A DNA stretch of 64,000 nucleotides, from assembly GCF_009834535.1 (NCBI RefSeq), contig NC_045697.1:49850001-49914000 (forward strand), read 5' to 3'. The number at the start of each line of letters is the position of its first letter. The first letter of the stretch is position 1. Source of the DNA: Camelus ferus (taxonomy: Eukaryota). The notes under the pieces were generated by a model, which saw only the letters and a program-made list of their open reading frames with translations, searched no databases and was not told where the DNA came from. This document shows, in pieces, positions 37,975-50,600 of the stretch. The position numbers were made by a program, and so were the translations under genes.

Positions 37975-38790
37975 ATTTATTCAGCAGATGTTTATTGAGC
38001 CCTATTATGTGCCAGGTATAAGAGGAGGCAGCAGTGAACTCTCAGACAAGGGCTCAGTGCTAATAAAACTTGCCATCTAGGGGAGACAGACAATAAATCA
38101 TTATAAAAAATAAGCAATGCAATTCTAGATAGGAATAAATATCGTAAAAAATGAAATAGTAACGTGTTAGTGGGAAGCTATGTTGGTATGGGCCGTTAGG
38201 GAGAGCATCTTTGAGGAGGTGACTTTTGCTTTCTTAAGCTGTGATGTACTGAAACTTAGCTTTCTATGCTAAGCCTGGTCTTAAGTGTTTTATTTATATT
38301 AACTCATTCAATCCACAGAGTAACCCTATGAGCAAGTATGACTGTCTCCTTTCTATAATCAGGAAACTGAAGGATGGAGCCATTCGGAGACTGGTCCAGG
38401 ACTACACAGATGATAAATAGTAGAGCCAAATTTGCACCTGGGGAGTTTAGCTCCAGAATTTGTACCTTTAATTACCACAGATACCATCTGTCTGCCTTCA
38501 GCTGAAACTCCAAGGACCCAAAAAAGCCAACCATGTAAAGAGCTGTGCTGGGAGGCTGGGGGAACAGCAAGTGCAAAGTTCTTGAGTAGAAAGAAGGTTG
38601 CGGTGTCTTAGAAGCAGACCAGAGACCACTGTAGCTGAAGCAGAGTAAACAAGAGCAGGAGGAGAGGGTGACAGAGGCTCAGCTGGGCAGATGCCAGACC
38701 TGATAAGAAGGCCTTATGAAGACTTGTGGTCCTTGGCAAAGAGTTAGATTTAATTCTCAGGGAAGCCACGGAAGGGCAATGAGAAGAAAA
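37975..38790 (-). mobile_element. L2 with a nested MIR (~38270-38480)
   Basis: ttattcagcagatgtttattgagccctattatgtgccagg; tttgaggaggtgactttt; MIR part ctcattcaatccacag...ggaaactgaagg; L2 resumes gggaacagcaagtgcaaag. Confidence 0.7.
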
Positions 38791-38799
38791 GCACTGCTG

Positions 38800-40440
38800 C
38801 CTAGACTAAATAAGAGGGGGTCTTGTGCTGGAGCCCATGCTTTAGTGGGCACTACATATGTCACACACACATACATGTACACATATGCATGCAAAGCACA
38901 CACTTAGGAGAAACAGTCTTCAGGTTCCAAGCATTACTTTATGGTGAAAATAGTGATGTAAGTGGTGGCAGGATAAAATTAAAGTGTTTTGCAGTGCTTT
39001 CTGCAGTAATAATTATTATTTGTAACCCTGTTAAAGTATTTGAATATGGTATCTGAGGTTTATTTTTGAATCTAAATGTTGGTTTAAGGATTTTATCAAC
39101 AATTCTGATTGCTTTCTAGGGAAATTTCTCCAAGTTGAAATTAATTTAAAAAAACTAAGAACTATAATAGCTCAAGAAATGGGATCAATTTGACATTACT
39201 GTCAATAGAACACAAATTATGTGACAATCTTGATTATGATAATATAATTATTCATTTTATTGGAATTTATTCAATAAATTTTATTCTGAAATAGATAATT
39301 TATGAGCTATATACATCTTTACTTTTTACCCATGCAAATTTTTCTGGCCCATCAACAGAATACTCAGATATGTGTCATAATAGTTAAATTCAGTTATTTT
39401 TGATATTTTGCCAACTTTTAATTACGTAAAAGCTGTACAAATATTTTTTGATTTTTTTGGTTGAAGTATAGTTGATTTACAGTATTGTGTTAGTTTCAGG
39501 TGTACAGCAAAATGATTCAGTTTTATATGTATATATGTATATTTTTTCAGATCCTTTTCCATTATAGGTTATTACAAGATACTGAATATAGTTCCCTGTG
39601 CTATACAGTAAATCCTTGTTATTTATCTATTTTATACATATTATTTTTTATCTATTTATCCCATACTCCTAATTTATCATCCCCCTTCCCCCTTTGGTAA
39701 TCATGTTTGTTTTCTATATCTGTGAGTCTATTTCTGTTTTGTAAATAAATTCATTTGTATTATTTTTAGATTCCACATATAAGTGATATTATATAATATT
39801 TGTCGTTCTCTGGCTGACTTCCCTTAGTATGATAATCTCTAGGTCCATCCATGTTGCTGCAAATGGTAATATTGTTCTTTTTTACAACTGAGTAATATTC
39901 CACTGTATATATATCCCACATCTTCTTTATCCAATCATCTGTTAATGGACATTTAGGTTGCTTCCATGTCTTGGCTATTGTAAACAGTGCTGCTATGAAC
40001 ACTGAAGTGCATATATCTTTTTGAATTACAGTTTTCATCTTTTCCGGATATATGCTCAGGCGTGGGATTGCTGCTCATACAGTAGCTCCATTTTTAGTTT
40101 TCTAAGAAACCTCTGTACTGTTCTCCATAGTGGTTGCACCAAATTACATTCCCACCAACAGTGTAGGAGCTTCCCTTTTCTTCACACCTCCTCCAGCACT
40201 TATTATTTGCAGAGTCTTCAATGATGGCCATTCTGACTGGTGTGAGGTGCTACCTCAGTGTAGTTTTGATTTGCACTTCTCTGATAATTAGTGATGTTGA
40301 GAATTTGTCAAAGTAGGAGGATGGAATATATGTTATTTAACAAGTTAGTAGCTTGAACTATCAATTTAAACATTTAAGTAAACAGTGTGTGGCTTCCATT
40401 TGTCCATCTGCTCAGGCCTTGCAAATACAAGGAGTCCTTC
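38800..40440. mobile_element. Possible hAT-Tip100 (Zaphod-like) DNA transposon remnant split by an L1
   Basis: The end ggcttccatttgtccatctgctcaggccttgcaaat and AT-rich interior resemble my recall of this family. Weak. Confidence 0.3.
39445..40301 (-). mobile_element. 5'-truncated lineage-specific L1 (~850 bp)
   Basis: ttgaagtatagttgatttac... The minus-strand ORF 39766-40038 ([26 protein letters not shown]) is the L1 ORF2 C-terminus. Confidence 0.92.
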
Positions 40441-41879
40441 AGGGAAGTGACATGATCTACTTCATGATTTTAAAGGATGAGAAAAAGCAGCAAAGCTATA
40501 CTCATTTCTAAAAGTGATACTATCTGATTAATGTTTTTAAAAGATTAAAAAACCAATGACTATATTCCTTTCTGAAACACAAAAATTTAAAAAAGGATCT
40601 TTTTTTTTTTCTTTGTAAGTTTAGCATAGACAAAAGTTATACATTTTAGTATGGGAAAGAAGACACAGATACCTTGGATTAATCTTTGTCCCACAATATG
40701 TCAGATATGGATTCTTGGATGCTGATAAGTCCACATCAATCTTCTTCTGTTTCCTAGAGCAGTAATGCTCTGTGCTGCACACTGGAAACACCGTACTTGC
40801 AGTTTTTAAAGCACACATTTGCTTGGAACCCCCACCCCCCCGCCCCCGCAGAGGTAGGCGCTAATTGTCATGGGTGGGGCTCTTTAGTCTAAAAGAGCTC
40901 CAGGTGACTCTCACGCGAGGTCAGGGCTGAGGACTGCTGTTCCGAGGCTCTGTGCTGTCTTCTACTTTATTTGGTAAGTTCAGTTACTTCTCCCATCTCT
41001 TTTGTTTTGTTTTTAGGCTTTTCTGGTAGGTATCATCTCTTTTTTTCCTTGGCAGTTTTCTTCCTTTAACTGAATACGAAGAAAATTATTATCACTTTAT
41101 TGGACTGTGATTGATGTTGCTTGGAAAAATAAAGTTATATGAGTATATGTGGGTTAAAAATATAATTGACAATCTGGAGGCAACCTCAGTGGGACTTGAG
41201 CCCATAACCTTTTGTACCAGCTTCAGGGAGATGGCATATGATATGATTAAAAATAATATTGGACAGTGTAAATATAGTGCATATATAAATCCACAAATCT
41301 GATTTACATTACTCATGAGAGGCCGTTCACAGAATCCTGGGACTGAAATGTGGCCATCCATGCCAAGTTTTTTTCTCTGAATACATTTTACGTTGGACTC
41401 AGGACCAAGTTCATTCCCGAGCTTTATAGCAGACTGAGGGATGATGCTGTAATGAAGGGCAGAGCACCTCAGCCCATAAATAAGGTGCAACATAGGGGAT
41501 ATGGGGCCGGTTGGGAAGGACTTTCATGAGCGAGATCATAAAACTGCTTGCAAGAGGGCTCTGCTAAAAAATATGGCTGTTGTTAGCACGGTCGCTGAAC
41601 AGATTTCAGGCTGAGCAGCAGCCTTTATGATCTGAGGCAGTAAATTCCCTTTATTAACATAAACAATAAGTCTCTGGAAAGGACAGAGTCAAGGAAGCTT
41701 TCGAAGTCCTCTGGGTGAAATATTCTCCCCTGGACCCTCAATCACCATTTCTGGGATTATGCTGCCTTTTTGTTTATAGGTCCTCACTAGCAATTTACAT
41801 TCTGCTTTTTGTTATTTTTTCATTTCATTGAACCCTTTCACTGGGTGTTGTCTCTTCATGTATGTTCATTTTTTTTCTT

Positions 41880-42160
41880 TCTTGAAGTCTTTCTATCCCT
41901 ACCACCGATATCATTGTCCAAGCCACCAGCCTCTCAGGAACTGCTGTAACAGCCTCCAGCTGCTCTCCTCACCTCCTGTCTTTGACCCCAGTAGTTCATT
42001 CTGCACATTCCACTTTCCTGATCTTTCTAAACTCTCAATCTATTAGGTAACTCCTCTGCTTAAAAGCTCAATTATTCCTCACTACACTTAGGATGAGATT
42101 TAAATCCCCAAGGGGGCTTACAAGCACTTCATACCCATCCTCGCCTGCCTCTACCACCTC
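41880..42160 (+). mobile_element. L2 fragment
   Basis: gtccaagccacc...ctgtaacagcctcc...gatctttctaaa...ctcctctgcttaaaagctc. Confidence 0.6.
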
Positions 42161-42624
42161 CTCCTGTCTCCCCTGATCCTTACCTACCCTCTACCCTCTT
42201 CCTACCAGTTTAGGGTGATCCCCTAACATCCTGCATCAGAATTACCTTAAGATGCTTGCTAAGAAATCTACATCCCTGCATTCCAACCAGTACTAATTGG
42301 ACCAGAACCCCTGGGGGCTCCCAAGGGGAGTCTTCCAAATGCCATTCTGAGGACCTGTTCCTAAAAGACATGAAATTCATGCAAGCCACCTGGATTCATT
42401 GGCTTCATTACCAGAGGAGCCAGCAGAGGATGATTTCAAAGGTGAGAGGGGGCTGATTGGACAGAGACATTGCTGGCTCTCTGTGGCGATTGCATCTGAT
42501 ATTACCACAGTTAGAAATCTGAGCATCCTTTGAAGATCTTTGAAAGTCTCCTTTTAAAATACAAACTATCTTAGAAACTTAACTTACCAAAAGGTTTTAA
42601 CTTAGACCTTCAGAGATCTAGGAA

Positions 42625-42810
42625 AAGTACAGTGGAAAGAGAATGGGATTTACAGTCAGACAATCCGAGTAAGGCTTGAATCTGTCTTTATTGATGTTTC
42701 AACTTTGGGCAACTTGTTTTAATCTCCTGATTAAATTATAGTTTCTTCTGTGAAATGGAATGGTATTGTGAGGTCTAAATGAAGCGAAGAAATGTTCTGT
42801 AAACTGTTAG
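42625..42810 (+). mobile_element. MIR SINE
   Basis: cagtggaaagagaatgggatttacagtcagac...ttgggcaacttg...ctgtgaaatggaatggtattgtgagg. Confidence 0.65.
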
Positions 42811-42899
42811 TTGCCATCACCCAAGTTTGCTGCTACTCTTTCTCTGGCATTGGTTGAAGGAGGAGGTGAGTAATGGATCCAGAAATGGGATAATTAGGA

Positions 42900-43417
42900 A
42901 TCAGAAAGTACTTTGAAGTGAATTTCAGTGACATCATGATATATCAAAATTTGTGGGGTACAGCTCAGAGAGGAATTAATAGCACTAAAACTGAAAACAT
43001 TTGGTCTTCAAAAGGAAATCATGAAAATGAAAACATAAGGTACCGAATGGGAGAAAATATCTGTAAAACATATCTGATAAAGGAGTTCTATCTGAAATAC
43101 ATAAATAACTCCTAAAACTGAATATAGGATGACAAATGACCCAGTAAAAATGGGGAAAAGATTTGAACACACACTTAACCCAAGAAAATACATGGATGAC
43201 TAGTAAGTGCATGAAAAGATGCTCAGCATCATTAGTTATTATGGAAACGCAGACTGAAACCACAATGTGCTGTGACTACGTATTTAGCCACTAGAATGGC
43301 AAGATGAAAGTTTGACCATACCAAGTGTTGGCAAGGATGCAGAGCAACCAGAACACTTATCCACTGCTGGTGGGAATGCAAAATAGTACTACCACTTTGG
43401 AAAAGAGCTTGGCAGTA
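42900..43417 (+). mobile_element. Old L1M ORF2 fragments
   Basis: atatcaaaatttgtggggtacagc; gaatgggagaaaatatctg; aaaagatgctcagcatcattag; gtgttggcaaggatgcagagcaac. Confidence 0.8.
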
Positions 43418-43640
43418 TGGGAACCCACTTGGAACCCCAGAGTTGGAATAAAGATTATTTTAAGCTGAAAATATTTGGGATTCAACAGATGCAGAAAGAA
43501 GCCTTCTCAGAGCTTTCTGTATCTGACTAAAAGCAGATACTTCTGAGAAATGAGTATTGCCATAAATTTCCTCCATAGGGCAGCTTCTATTCCCAGAAGC
43601 AAGACCAAGAATAAACCTATCACAAATCCCCTCTCTAGGG
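43418..43640 (+). mobile_element. Partial ERV1 LTR (MER34-like 5' half)
   Basis: aaagattattttaagctgaaaatatttgggattcaacagatgcagaaagaagccttctcagagc...tatctgactaaaagcag. Confidence 0.6.
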
Positions 43641-43659
43641 GTCAAGTATGATAACAACT

Positions 43660-44460
43660 GGGAACAAGTAATGATAGTAAAATTTATAATCCCCTGAATA
43701 AAATAGGAGTCCATAAATGCACACTGATATAAATAAGTAAATAGATATAAATGGACAATTTGATTAACATAGGATAGTTACATAGTTTCAAAATATCTCC
43801 CCAGAAAATACTTATTAATTACTGGGGAAAGGAGGATAATCTCAGGGTGGAAAAGCCTGGCACACAACCTTCAGCAAATGATCTAAATGAACATCACCAG
43901 CACGGGGACAAATCAAAAGTGTGCAGTACTTGATAAAATATGATGGAAAAGTCTTTCTATGATTTTCCCGCCAAAGATGTGTAATCTGAATCTAATCCTG
44001 TGGTGGAAACATCAGACAACGCAAATTAAGGGACATTTAAAAAAAAACAACACAAAACAAAAATCTAGTCTATAGTCCTTAAAAGTATCAACGTCATGAA
44101 AGTGAAAGAAAGGCTGAATTATCATTCCTGGTTTCTAGAAACTAAAGAGACATGACAGATAAATGCAACACATAATTCTGGATTGGATCTTTTTGCTATA
44201 AGTGACCTACTGGGAAAAATGGTGAAACTTGAATGAGGTCTGCAGATTAGGTGGTAGCAATGCGTCACTGTTAGTTTCCTGGTTTTGACAGGTGTTTTGT
44301 GGTTATGTAAGCTAATTCTCTTGTCTGTAGGAAGTGTACATTTAGGTATTCGGTGGTGATAGGCATCATATTGGCAACTTACTCTAAAATGCTTTGGAAA
44401 AATAAAGTTACAACTTTTTCAAAAAGTAAATTTGAGATTATCCCAAATAAAAATTTGACA
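43660..44460 (+). mobile_element. L1MC-type 3'UTR
   Basis: gagtccataaatgcacactgatataaataa; aatctgaatctaatc...gaaacatcagaca; aaagagacatgacagataaatgcaac. Confidence 0.75.
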
Positions 44461-44499
44461 AATTTTATACAAAAAGAAATCATCTTATAGAATGGATTG

Positions 44500-44900
44500 C
44501 TGAGGGGCCAGAGAGGTCAGGATACTAGACGTTTTGCAATAGACTAAAAAAAGACAGTTGTTTCAATCAAAATAGTAGCAGTAGAAATGAAAAGGAGTGG
44601 AGAAATTTTTAATAGTTTAGGAAAAAAAGTTATTCTAGGATGACTTCTAGGTTTGGAGACTAAACACCAGGATGGCTAGTGACGCCATTTTCTGAGATGC
44701 GGAAGTCTGGTTTAGGATTGGATTTGGGAAGGAAATTAAGAGTTCTGATCTAGACATGTTAAGTTGGAGATGTCCAGGAGATCTCCAAGTAAAGATGCTG
44801 GATTAGCAGTTGGAAATAGGAGTCTGGCACTTAGAGGAGAGGTATAAATTTTGGAGTCACCAACACATACATGATTTCAGCCATAGGACGGAATAAGATC
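44500..44900 (-). mobile_element. L2 fragment
   Basis: gagttctgatctagacatgttaagttggagatgtcc...ccaagtaaagatg...gcagttggaaataggagtctgg. Confidence 0.7.
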
Positions 44901-45829
44901 CCTATTTCAAACAACGTTCTTGGTTGCCAAAAACTGGATCCCCTCTAGCATAAAGGTCAGGTAGAGTAGTGCCAGTCCTTCAACTTTGTGCTTCTCCTTC
45001 AATATTGTATTGGCTATTCTGGGAAATATGTCCCCCCCCCCCTTTAATCTTTAAAGCAGTAGATTTTCCCTCAGTGATACCCTCAGCCTCAACATTTCAA
45101 ACAGAAATCTTTGCATTTTGACAGAAGAGAAGGGGGTGGCTGTTTGTTCCTTCCTTTTACGTTATTATTAAATCCACAGACATGAATTTCCTGTGACCTG
45201 TGATCCTGTGAACTTAGGACTCTTGGAAAGGCACCATGAAAAATCCGATCTGTTGGTGACATTTCCAACCTTCTCTTATTACTTACAGACTTCAGCATGA
45301 GAAGTATACTTTAGGAATTCTTCTGGAAAATCTTTTTTTTTTTTTTTAAATTCTGTTATTTTGCCTTTAAGTGAGGCTATAGTTCTCCTGGGCTGACTGA
45401 TCAAAGACAGACAAAGGGAACATTTCTACTATCCAGAAGCATGTTTTAGAAGATAGCTTTATTTTAAAATTTTCGACAAGGTTCTTTAGAGTTATAGTAA
45501 TGGTCCCTTGTGCCTGCCACTTACCTCTTGAAACAGCTTGAACAATATTTGCCTGATGGCTCTTTCTGCCTATCCTTCATTCTAAAGGACTCTTAAGAAA
45601 AATGATTGTTAGATTTTTTCTTACATTGTATTTATCTTTACTTATGTTGACCTGGGTTTGACTTTTTGATTAAGGACTTCACCAATCTTCTTCTAACTAA
45701 AATACTCTGACCCTTGCAGTAAGGAAATGGTAGGAAACCCAACTTTTTGCTGACTAACTCTTATTCTTTCTGTATTCTTAAATTGGATAACTTATTTTCA
45801 GAAGAATCAACACCTCAAATTTCACATAT

Positions 45830-46040
45830 TAAGTGCTGGCTCTGAAGTCAGATTGTTAGGGTTTAAACCCTGTTAAAAACGTGTGTTATCTTGGGTAATT
45901 CACCTGATCTAAGTCTCAGTTTCCTTATTTGTTAAAAGAGGGATATTGTGAGGATCAAATAAAGTAACCTTTGGAAAGTTGTTTCTTAACACAGAGCTGG
46001 CCCATGGTATGTACCTAATATGGTAGTTTTGTCATTGTCT
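45830..46040 (+). mobile_element. MIR SINE
   Basis: ggctctgaagtcagattg...tcttgggtaattcacc...gtctcagtttccttatttg...ttgtgaggatcaaat. Confidence 0.75.
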
Positions 46041-46294
46041 TTATTATTTCACCTTACTCTTCTAAAACTATCCTCTTCAAAGGCCAGAATTCTGACATAT
46101 AGTAGCTTGAGCTTTTTCTGAGCTCCCATAGCATCTTCTAGAGACCTCTGCTACTGTCCTTAACATGTGATACTATAGGCAGGGCTGACCTGCAGCCGGC
46201 ATGCCCCCGTGCACCTGCCAACATCCCTCTGACCGGTTGGTGTCCATAGTATGAAGTTATTTATATCTACTGAATAGCTCCCAGATTATAAATG

Positions 46295-46415
46295 TTGCCT
46301 TTCTGTCTCTCCTGTTGGATTGAGAGCTCCCAAGGGGAGGGATTGTGCCTTATTGCTTCTCAGTCCCTACTATGCTTGGCACATAGTAGACTCTGTATAA
46401 TTCTTTGTTGAATCA
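46295..46415 (+). mobile_element. L2 3' end
   Basis: tgtctctcc...gattgagagctccc..ggggagggattgtg...tgcttggcacatagtagactct...tttgttgaat. Confidence 0.7.
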
Positions 46416-47414
46416 ATTGTCAGACCTTGAGTTACCTACCATAGTGGATTTGAGGTGTTAAGAAAAGCTAGCTACCCTTTGGTTGGAACTGTCAAAATGA
46501 ATGAGATTTGAAGGAGCTGCCTCTAGGGAAGGTGACTGTGAGCCCCGTCTCAAGTCAGATCTATCTGAGTGCCTCCAACCGTGTTATGCCTCAAGCCTGT
46601 AACATTTTCCCATCAGCTTTAGCCACAATCAGGGCATTCACTCTCAGATGACTGGAGGTTTACTTTGGGAGGCATTTGCTACTTGGCTCCTTTGAGGTGT
46701 TTAGCAATGTGAACTGGCCACCAGCTGCTCCTTAACGATCTGTGTGCTTGCTGTTGTCACATGTTCCCTCCTGACTCAATTCTCACCTCCCTACCTCCCA
46801 ACCATCTCCCTCACCTGATTAATTTAAGGGTTGCAGATAGCATGCAGGTTCCTTATCTTCCAGTGAAGCTGGAGGAGAGTACAGATTCCAAAATGGTTTT
46901 CAAAACATAAATGAAGCGGGAATAAAAAACCCCCAACTTGTTCAACTGGTTGAAAAATCCTCCACATAGTAGGGTTAATCCTGAGAGGGCTTACATGTAT
47001 AATAAAATGATCCTTTCAATTCCGTGGTCCTGTGCTTGGGGTGGGGGTGGGTGGTTTCTAGGCAGGAAACTTCTCAGATTAGCGTTTTTCATTTTAGGGG
47101 TGTGGAATTGGACCTAAACTCAAATCCAGTCACATGCCTCAGAAGGCTGACTGTCACTAGTACCAATAAGGGATAGTTAAAGCCAATTCATGTCTGAAAT
47201 GAATGTGTGGACTCCACTGATGATAAAGACTAAGGAGTCTGAAGGCAGGCAGTGCCAGGATGACCCTTGTGAGACACGTCTGAACCTCAGGACCCACCTA
47301 GAAACCATTTTCACAATGGTCATGAGGTCACCTAAGGCCACAGGAATTGGGTGAAAACCAATTAGGGGCAAGTTGTACCTTAGAACAAATTCAGACTTCC
47401 TCCAAAGCAAGACA

Positions 47415-47415
<1 letters not shown>

Positions 47416-47460
<45 letters not shown>
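47416..47460. repeat. Pure (TG)n microsatellite (~22 units)
   Basis: Directly visible. Confidence 0.97.
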
Positions 47461-47464
<4 letters not shown>

Positions 47465-48489
47465 GAAACAGAAATGGAAAGAGACAAACTCAAGTATAAT
47501 TCCTTAAGGGAATTGTTTTTCTTCCTGGGGAAGGAGACTGAATAAATGGAAAGAAGTTTGGACCAGGAATCGGGAGACTTGCGTTTGGGCCTGGAGTTTG
47601 GTCTCCTGGAGCCCATGGCTTACCTGCCCAAACCTTGGCTCCGTTGGCTGGCAAAGACCTCACAGGGTTATTGTGAGGCGATGACGGAGGTACAACTGCC
47701 TTCAAAGTAAACTGGGTAAGGAATGCAAGCTACTGTTGTTGTTATTATGGACGTGTAATACTGCAGTGAAGGACCACAAAGGGTGACACTGTAGACCTAC
47801 ACACGCTGTCCCAGGGAGACTGTCTACGCAAAGCTATTTCTATCATAACTGAAGCACGCGTTGAGTCTCGTGGCTGCTGGATCATAACAAAAAAGGTATA
47901 ATCATGTTGCTAAGATTATACCAGCAATTATCTCTCAAAAGGAGACTGATAAGAGAATCAACTCAGCAACTTTTAGAAAATAAACACCATAAGATGCCCT
48001 GTGATAAAATGTTACAGCAGAAATTGTATTTTCCTCTCCCTCCCTCGCTTCCTCCCTCCCATACATCTCACCTCACACTCTAACTCACTTCTTCAAACAA
48101 CAATTGAGCACCATCTCTGTAAGATGTGTTCTGGGCTCTGGGAGGACTACCAAATAAATAGGGCATAATACTTGTTCTCAAGGAGTGTCCTGTCTACTTC
48201 GGGAAGCACTGGAGGTAGAGAAACTGCCCTTAATGAACCACAGTGTCCCACTGCTGCGGATTGGTAAGATCAAATCAGGTGCAAGCCACAGCATATAATC
48301 ATGCCTTTGTCTACACCATTCTTTCCATCATAGATGCCATGCCCTTTACTTATTAGATGATGGGCTCCTTATAGATCAGGTTAAGCAGTGGCTCCTCTGA
48401 AATGCCTTCACTTCTGTGAAATGCTTCACTTCACAGACAGAATTAGTTAGCAGCCTCCTCCTCTTTATTTGCACAGTACTTGGGGTCAC

Positions 48490-48655
48490 TAAGACCTGAG
48501 TTTAGATGTGGGCTCTGCCCCTGACCAGATACTTACAAGTTACTTGACCTCTCTAATCATCAGTTACATTGTCTGTAAAACGCTACTAATACTCCCCTGA
48601 AAGTGGTGGTGCTGTGAAGGTTAAATGAGATAATATAATGTAAGTTGCCTAGAAC
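48490..48655 (+). mobile_element. MIR SINE
   Basis: agacctgagtt...ggctctgcc...caagttacttgacctctct...tctgtaaaa...tgtgaaggttaaatgagataat. Confidence 0.75.
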
Positions 48656-49519
48656 CACTGATGATCCTCGAAATATGGTTTTAATGAATAAATGATACCA
48701 TTTATAATTCTTCGTTAGAAATATTTGTAAAGCTTGACTCCCACGCTTCCTACCTGCTTCTCTGAAGCCATGCGCATAGAAAGAGCTCCATAAATATTTG
48801 AGGAATAAACAAATAAATGAGTGGATAAATAGTAGGCAAGTTATAGGGATGACAGAGTTAATTTACCACTATGTTCATGATTAAATTATTATTTTGTGAA
48901 CTCATTAACAAAGTAGGAGTGTAATGGGAGCAAGTAATTGATTTTGTTAGAAAACAAAAAGTAAATGTCTACAGCCCAGCAATGCTCCTTATAGAGTCAC
49001 CTGACTGTCTTGACAGCTGGAGTGAATTCGCTTCGAGCTGGATATCTTATAGGCCTGAGAAGCTGCCACAATGTTTGGGGTATAGAAGGTAGTTTTTTTG
49101 TTTTTTTTGTTTTGTTTTTTTTTTTTACAAAACATGGCACATTATCATGTCACCAGGATGTTTTCTCTTTTAACAACAGAATATTTTAATGTTTTGGGGT
49201 GAAACTACTCCTCCTGTTATAAAGAATTTATAATAGATTAAAATGAGCTATAGAAATGTGATTATAATTACGATGACTTTGAGTTTATGATTCCCTTTAT
49301 TAATTATTCTTTAGTGGTTTATCAGTATGAGTTCAAGATATTAAAAATCCCTCTGGCTTTATGTATTACCACCCCCTCTTTTTACTTTCTAGGAATAAAT
49401 ATTTGTTAAATGGATATATACCAAGGTGACAATATCCTTATCTTCAGAGAAAGCATTGTAATTTCTCATAGGGAGGGAGCTATCTTTGATTAGGAAAAAA
49501 ATGTTGATAAATCACTTAG

Positions 49520-49619
49520 NNNNNNNNNNNNNNNNNNNNNNNNNNNNNNNNNNNNNNNNNNNNNNNNNNNNNNNNNNNNNNNNNNNNNNNNNNNNNNNNN
49601 NNNNNNNNNNNNNNNNNNN
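49520..49619. other. Assembly gap (100 N)
   Basis: Run of exactly 100 N, the conventional unknown-size gap. Confidence 0.99.
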
Positions 49620-49633
49620 CTTTCTTTCTTTCT

Positions 49634-49706
<73 letters not shown>

Positions 49707-49775
49707 TCTATCTCTCTTCCTTCCTTCCTTTCTTTCTTTCCTTCCTTTCTTTCCTTTATTCCTTTCTTCCTTTCC
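49620..49775. repeat. (CTTT)n / pyrimidine-rich microsatellite abutting the gap
   Basis: Directly visible. Confidence 0.97.
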
Positions 49776-50600
49776 TCACATCCAGTCTGTCAAGAAATCT
49801 TGTGATCTTACATTTAGGATTAAACCCACAACTTGATCAGTTCTCACTACACCAGTTGCCCACACCCTGCTTCCCAGCCACAAACATCTCTCTCCAGAAT
49901 GTTACAGAGGACTCCTAACTGGTTTCCTTGCTTCTTCCCTCCTCCTCTATAGCCTATTTTCAACATGACTGGTAGAGTTATATTTTTAAAATGTACATCA
50001 ACCCGATCCATAACATTCATGTGCTTACAATCCTCTAAGGCCTCCCTATTTTATTCAGAGTAAAGTTGAAATCTTTTGTTGGTCTACAAGACCTTATGTG
50101 TCTTGGCCCCTCCATCCCCCCTGCGCCTTGCCTCTCTGACTTCACCCCTTCCTCTTCTTTCCCCCTTCCTCCTCGTTATTCCTCCAAGGTGCTGGGCTCT
50201 TTCCCACCATTGGGCCCACCCTGAGCTGTTTCCTTTTTTCGCATCTATGATCAGCCTCATTCTTCACCTCTCTCTCGCCTTTGTTCAGATGTCACCTTCT
50301 CAAGGAGAGCTACCCTGATTGTCCCATGGAAAGTGCAGTCTTGCCTACATACCTCCACCTGCCAGACACCCCATCCTCCTCACTCTGTTCTACTTTTACT
50401 GTTGTTGTAGTGCTTTTCTTCTTCTTAACATACTCTCTGATTTACTTTCACATATTTTTAATTTATTCTGGGTCTCCTTCTACTATACCGCAGTGTAATT
50501 CCCAAGGACAAGGATTTTTGCCTGTTTGTTCACTGATGTATTCCCTGTACCAGGAGTAGTGCCTGGCATACAATAGGTGCTCTATAAACACTCACTGAAT
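49775..50600 (+). mobile_element. L2a 3' portion
   Basis: ctcctaactggtttccttgcttc; cagagtaaagttgaaatc; cagatgtcaccttctcaaggagagc; tgttcactgatgtattccc...gtgcctggcatacaataggtgctc. Confidence 0.85.

Noticed and set aside
48396..48432. Imperfect tandem repeat tgaaatgc(c)ttcacttc x2
   Set aside because: Only two degenerate units; ordinary slippage.
49486..49836. ORF with FFLS repeats
   Set aside because: Artefact of the N gap and the (CTTT)n microsatellite.
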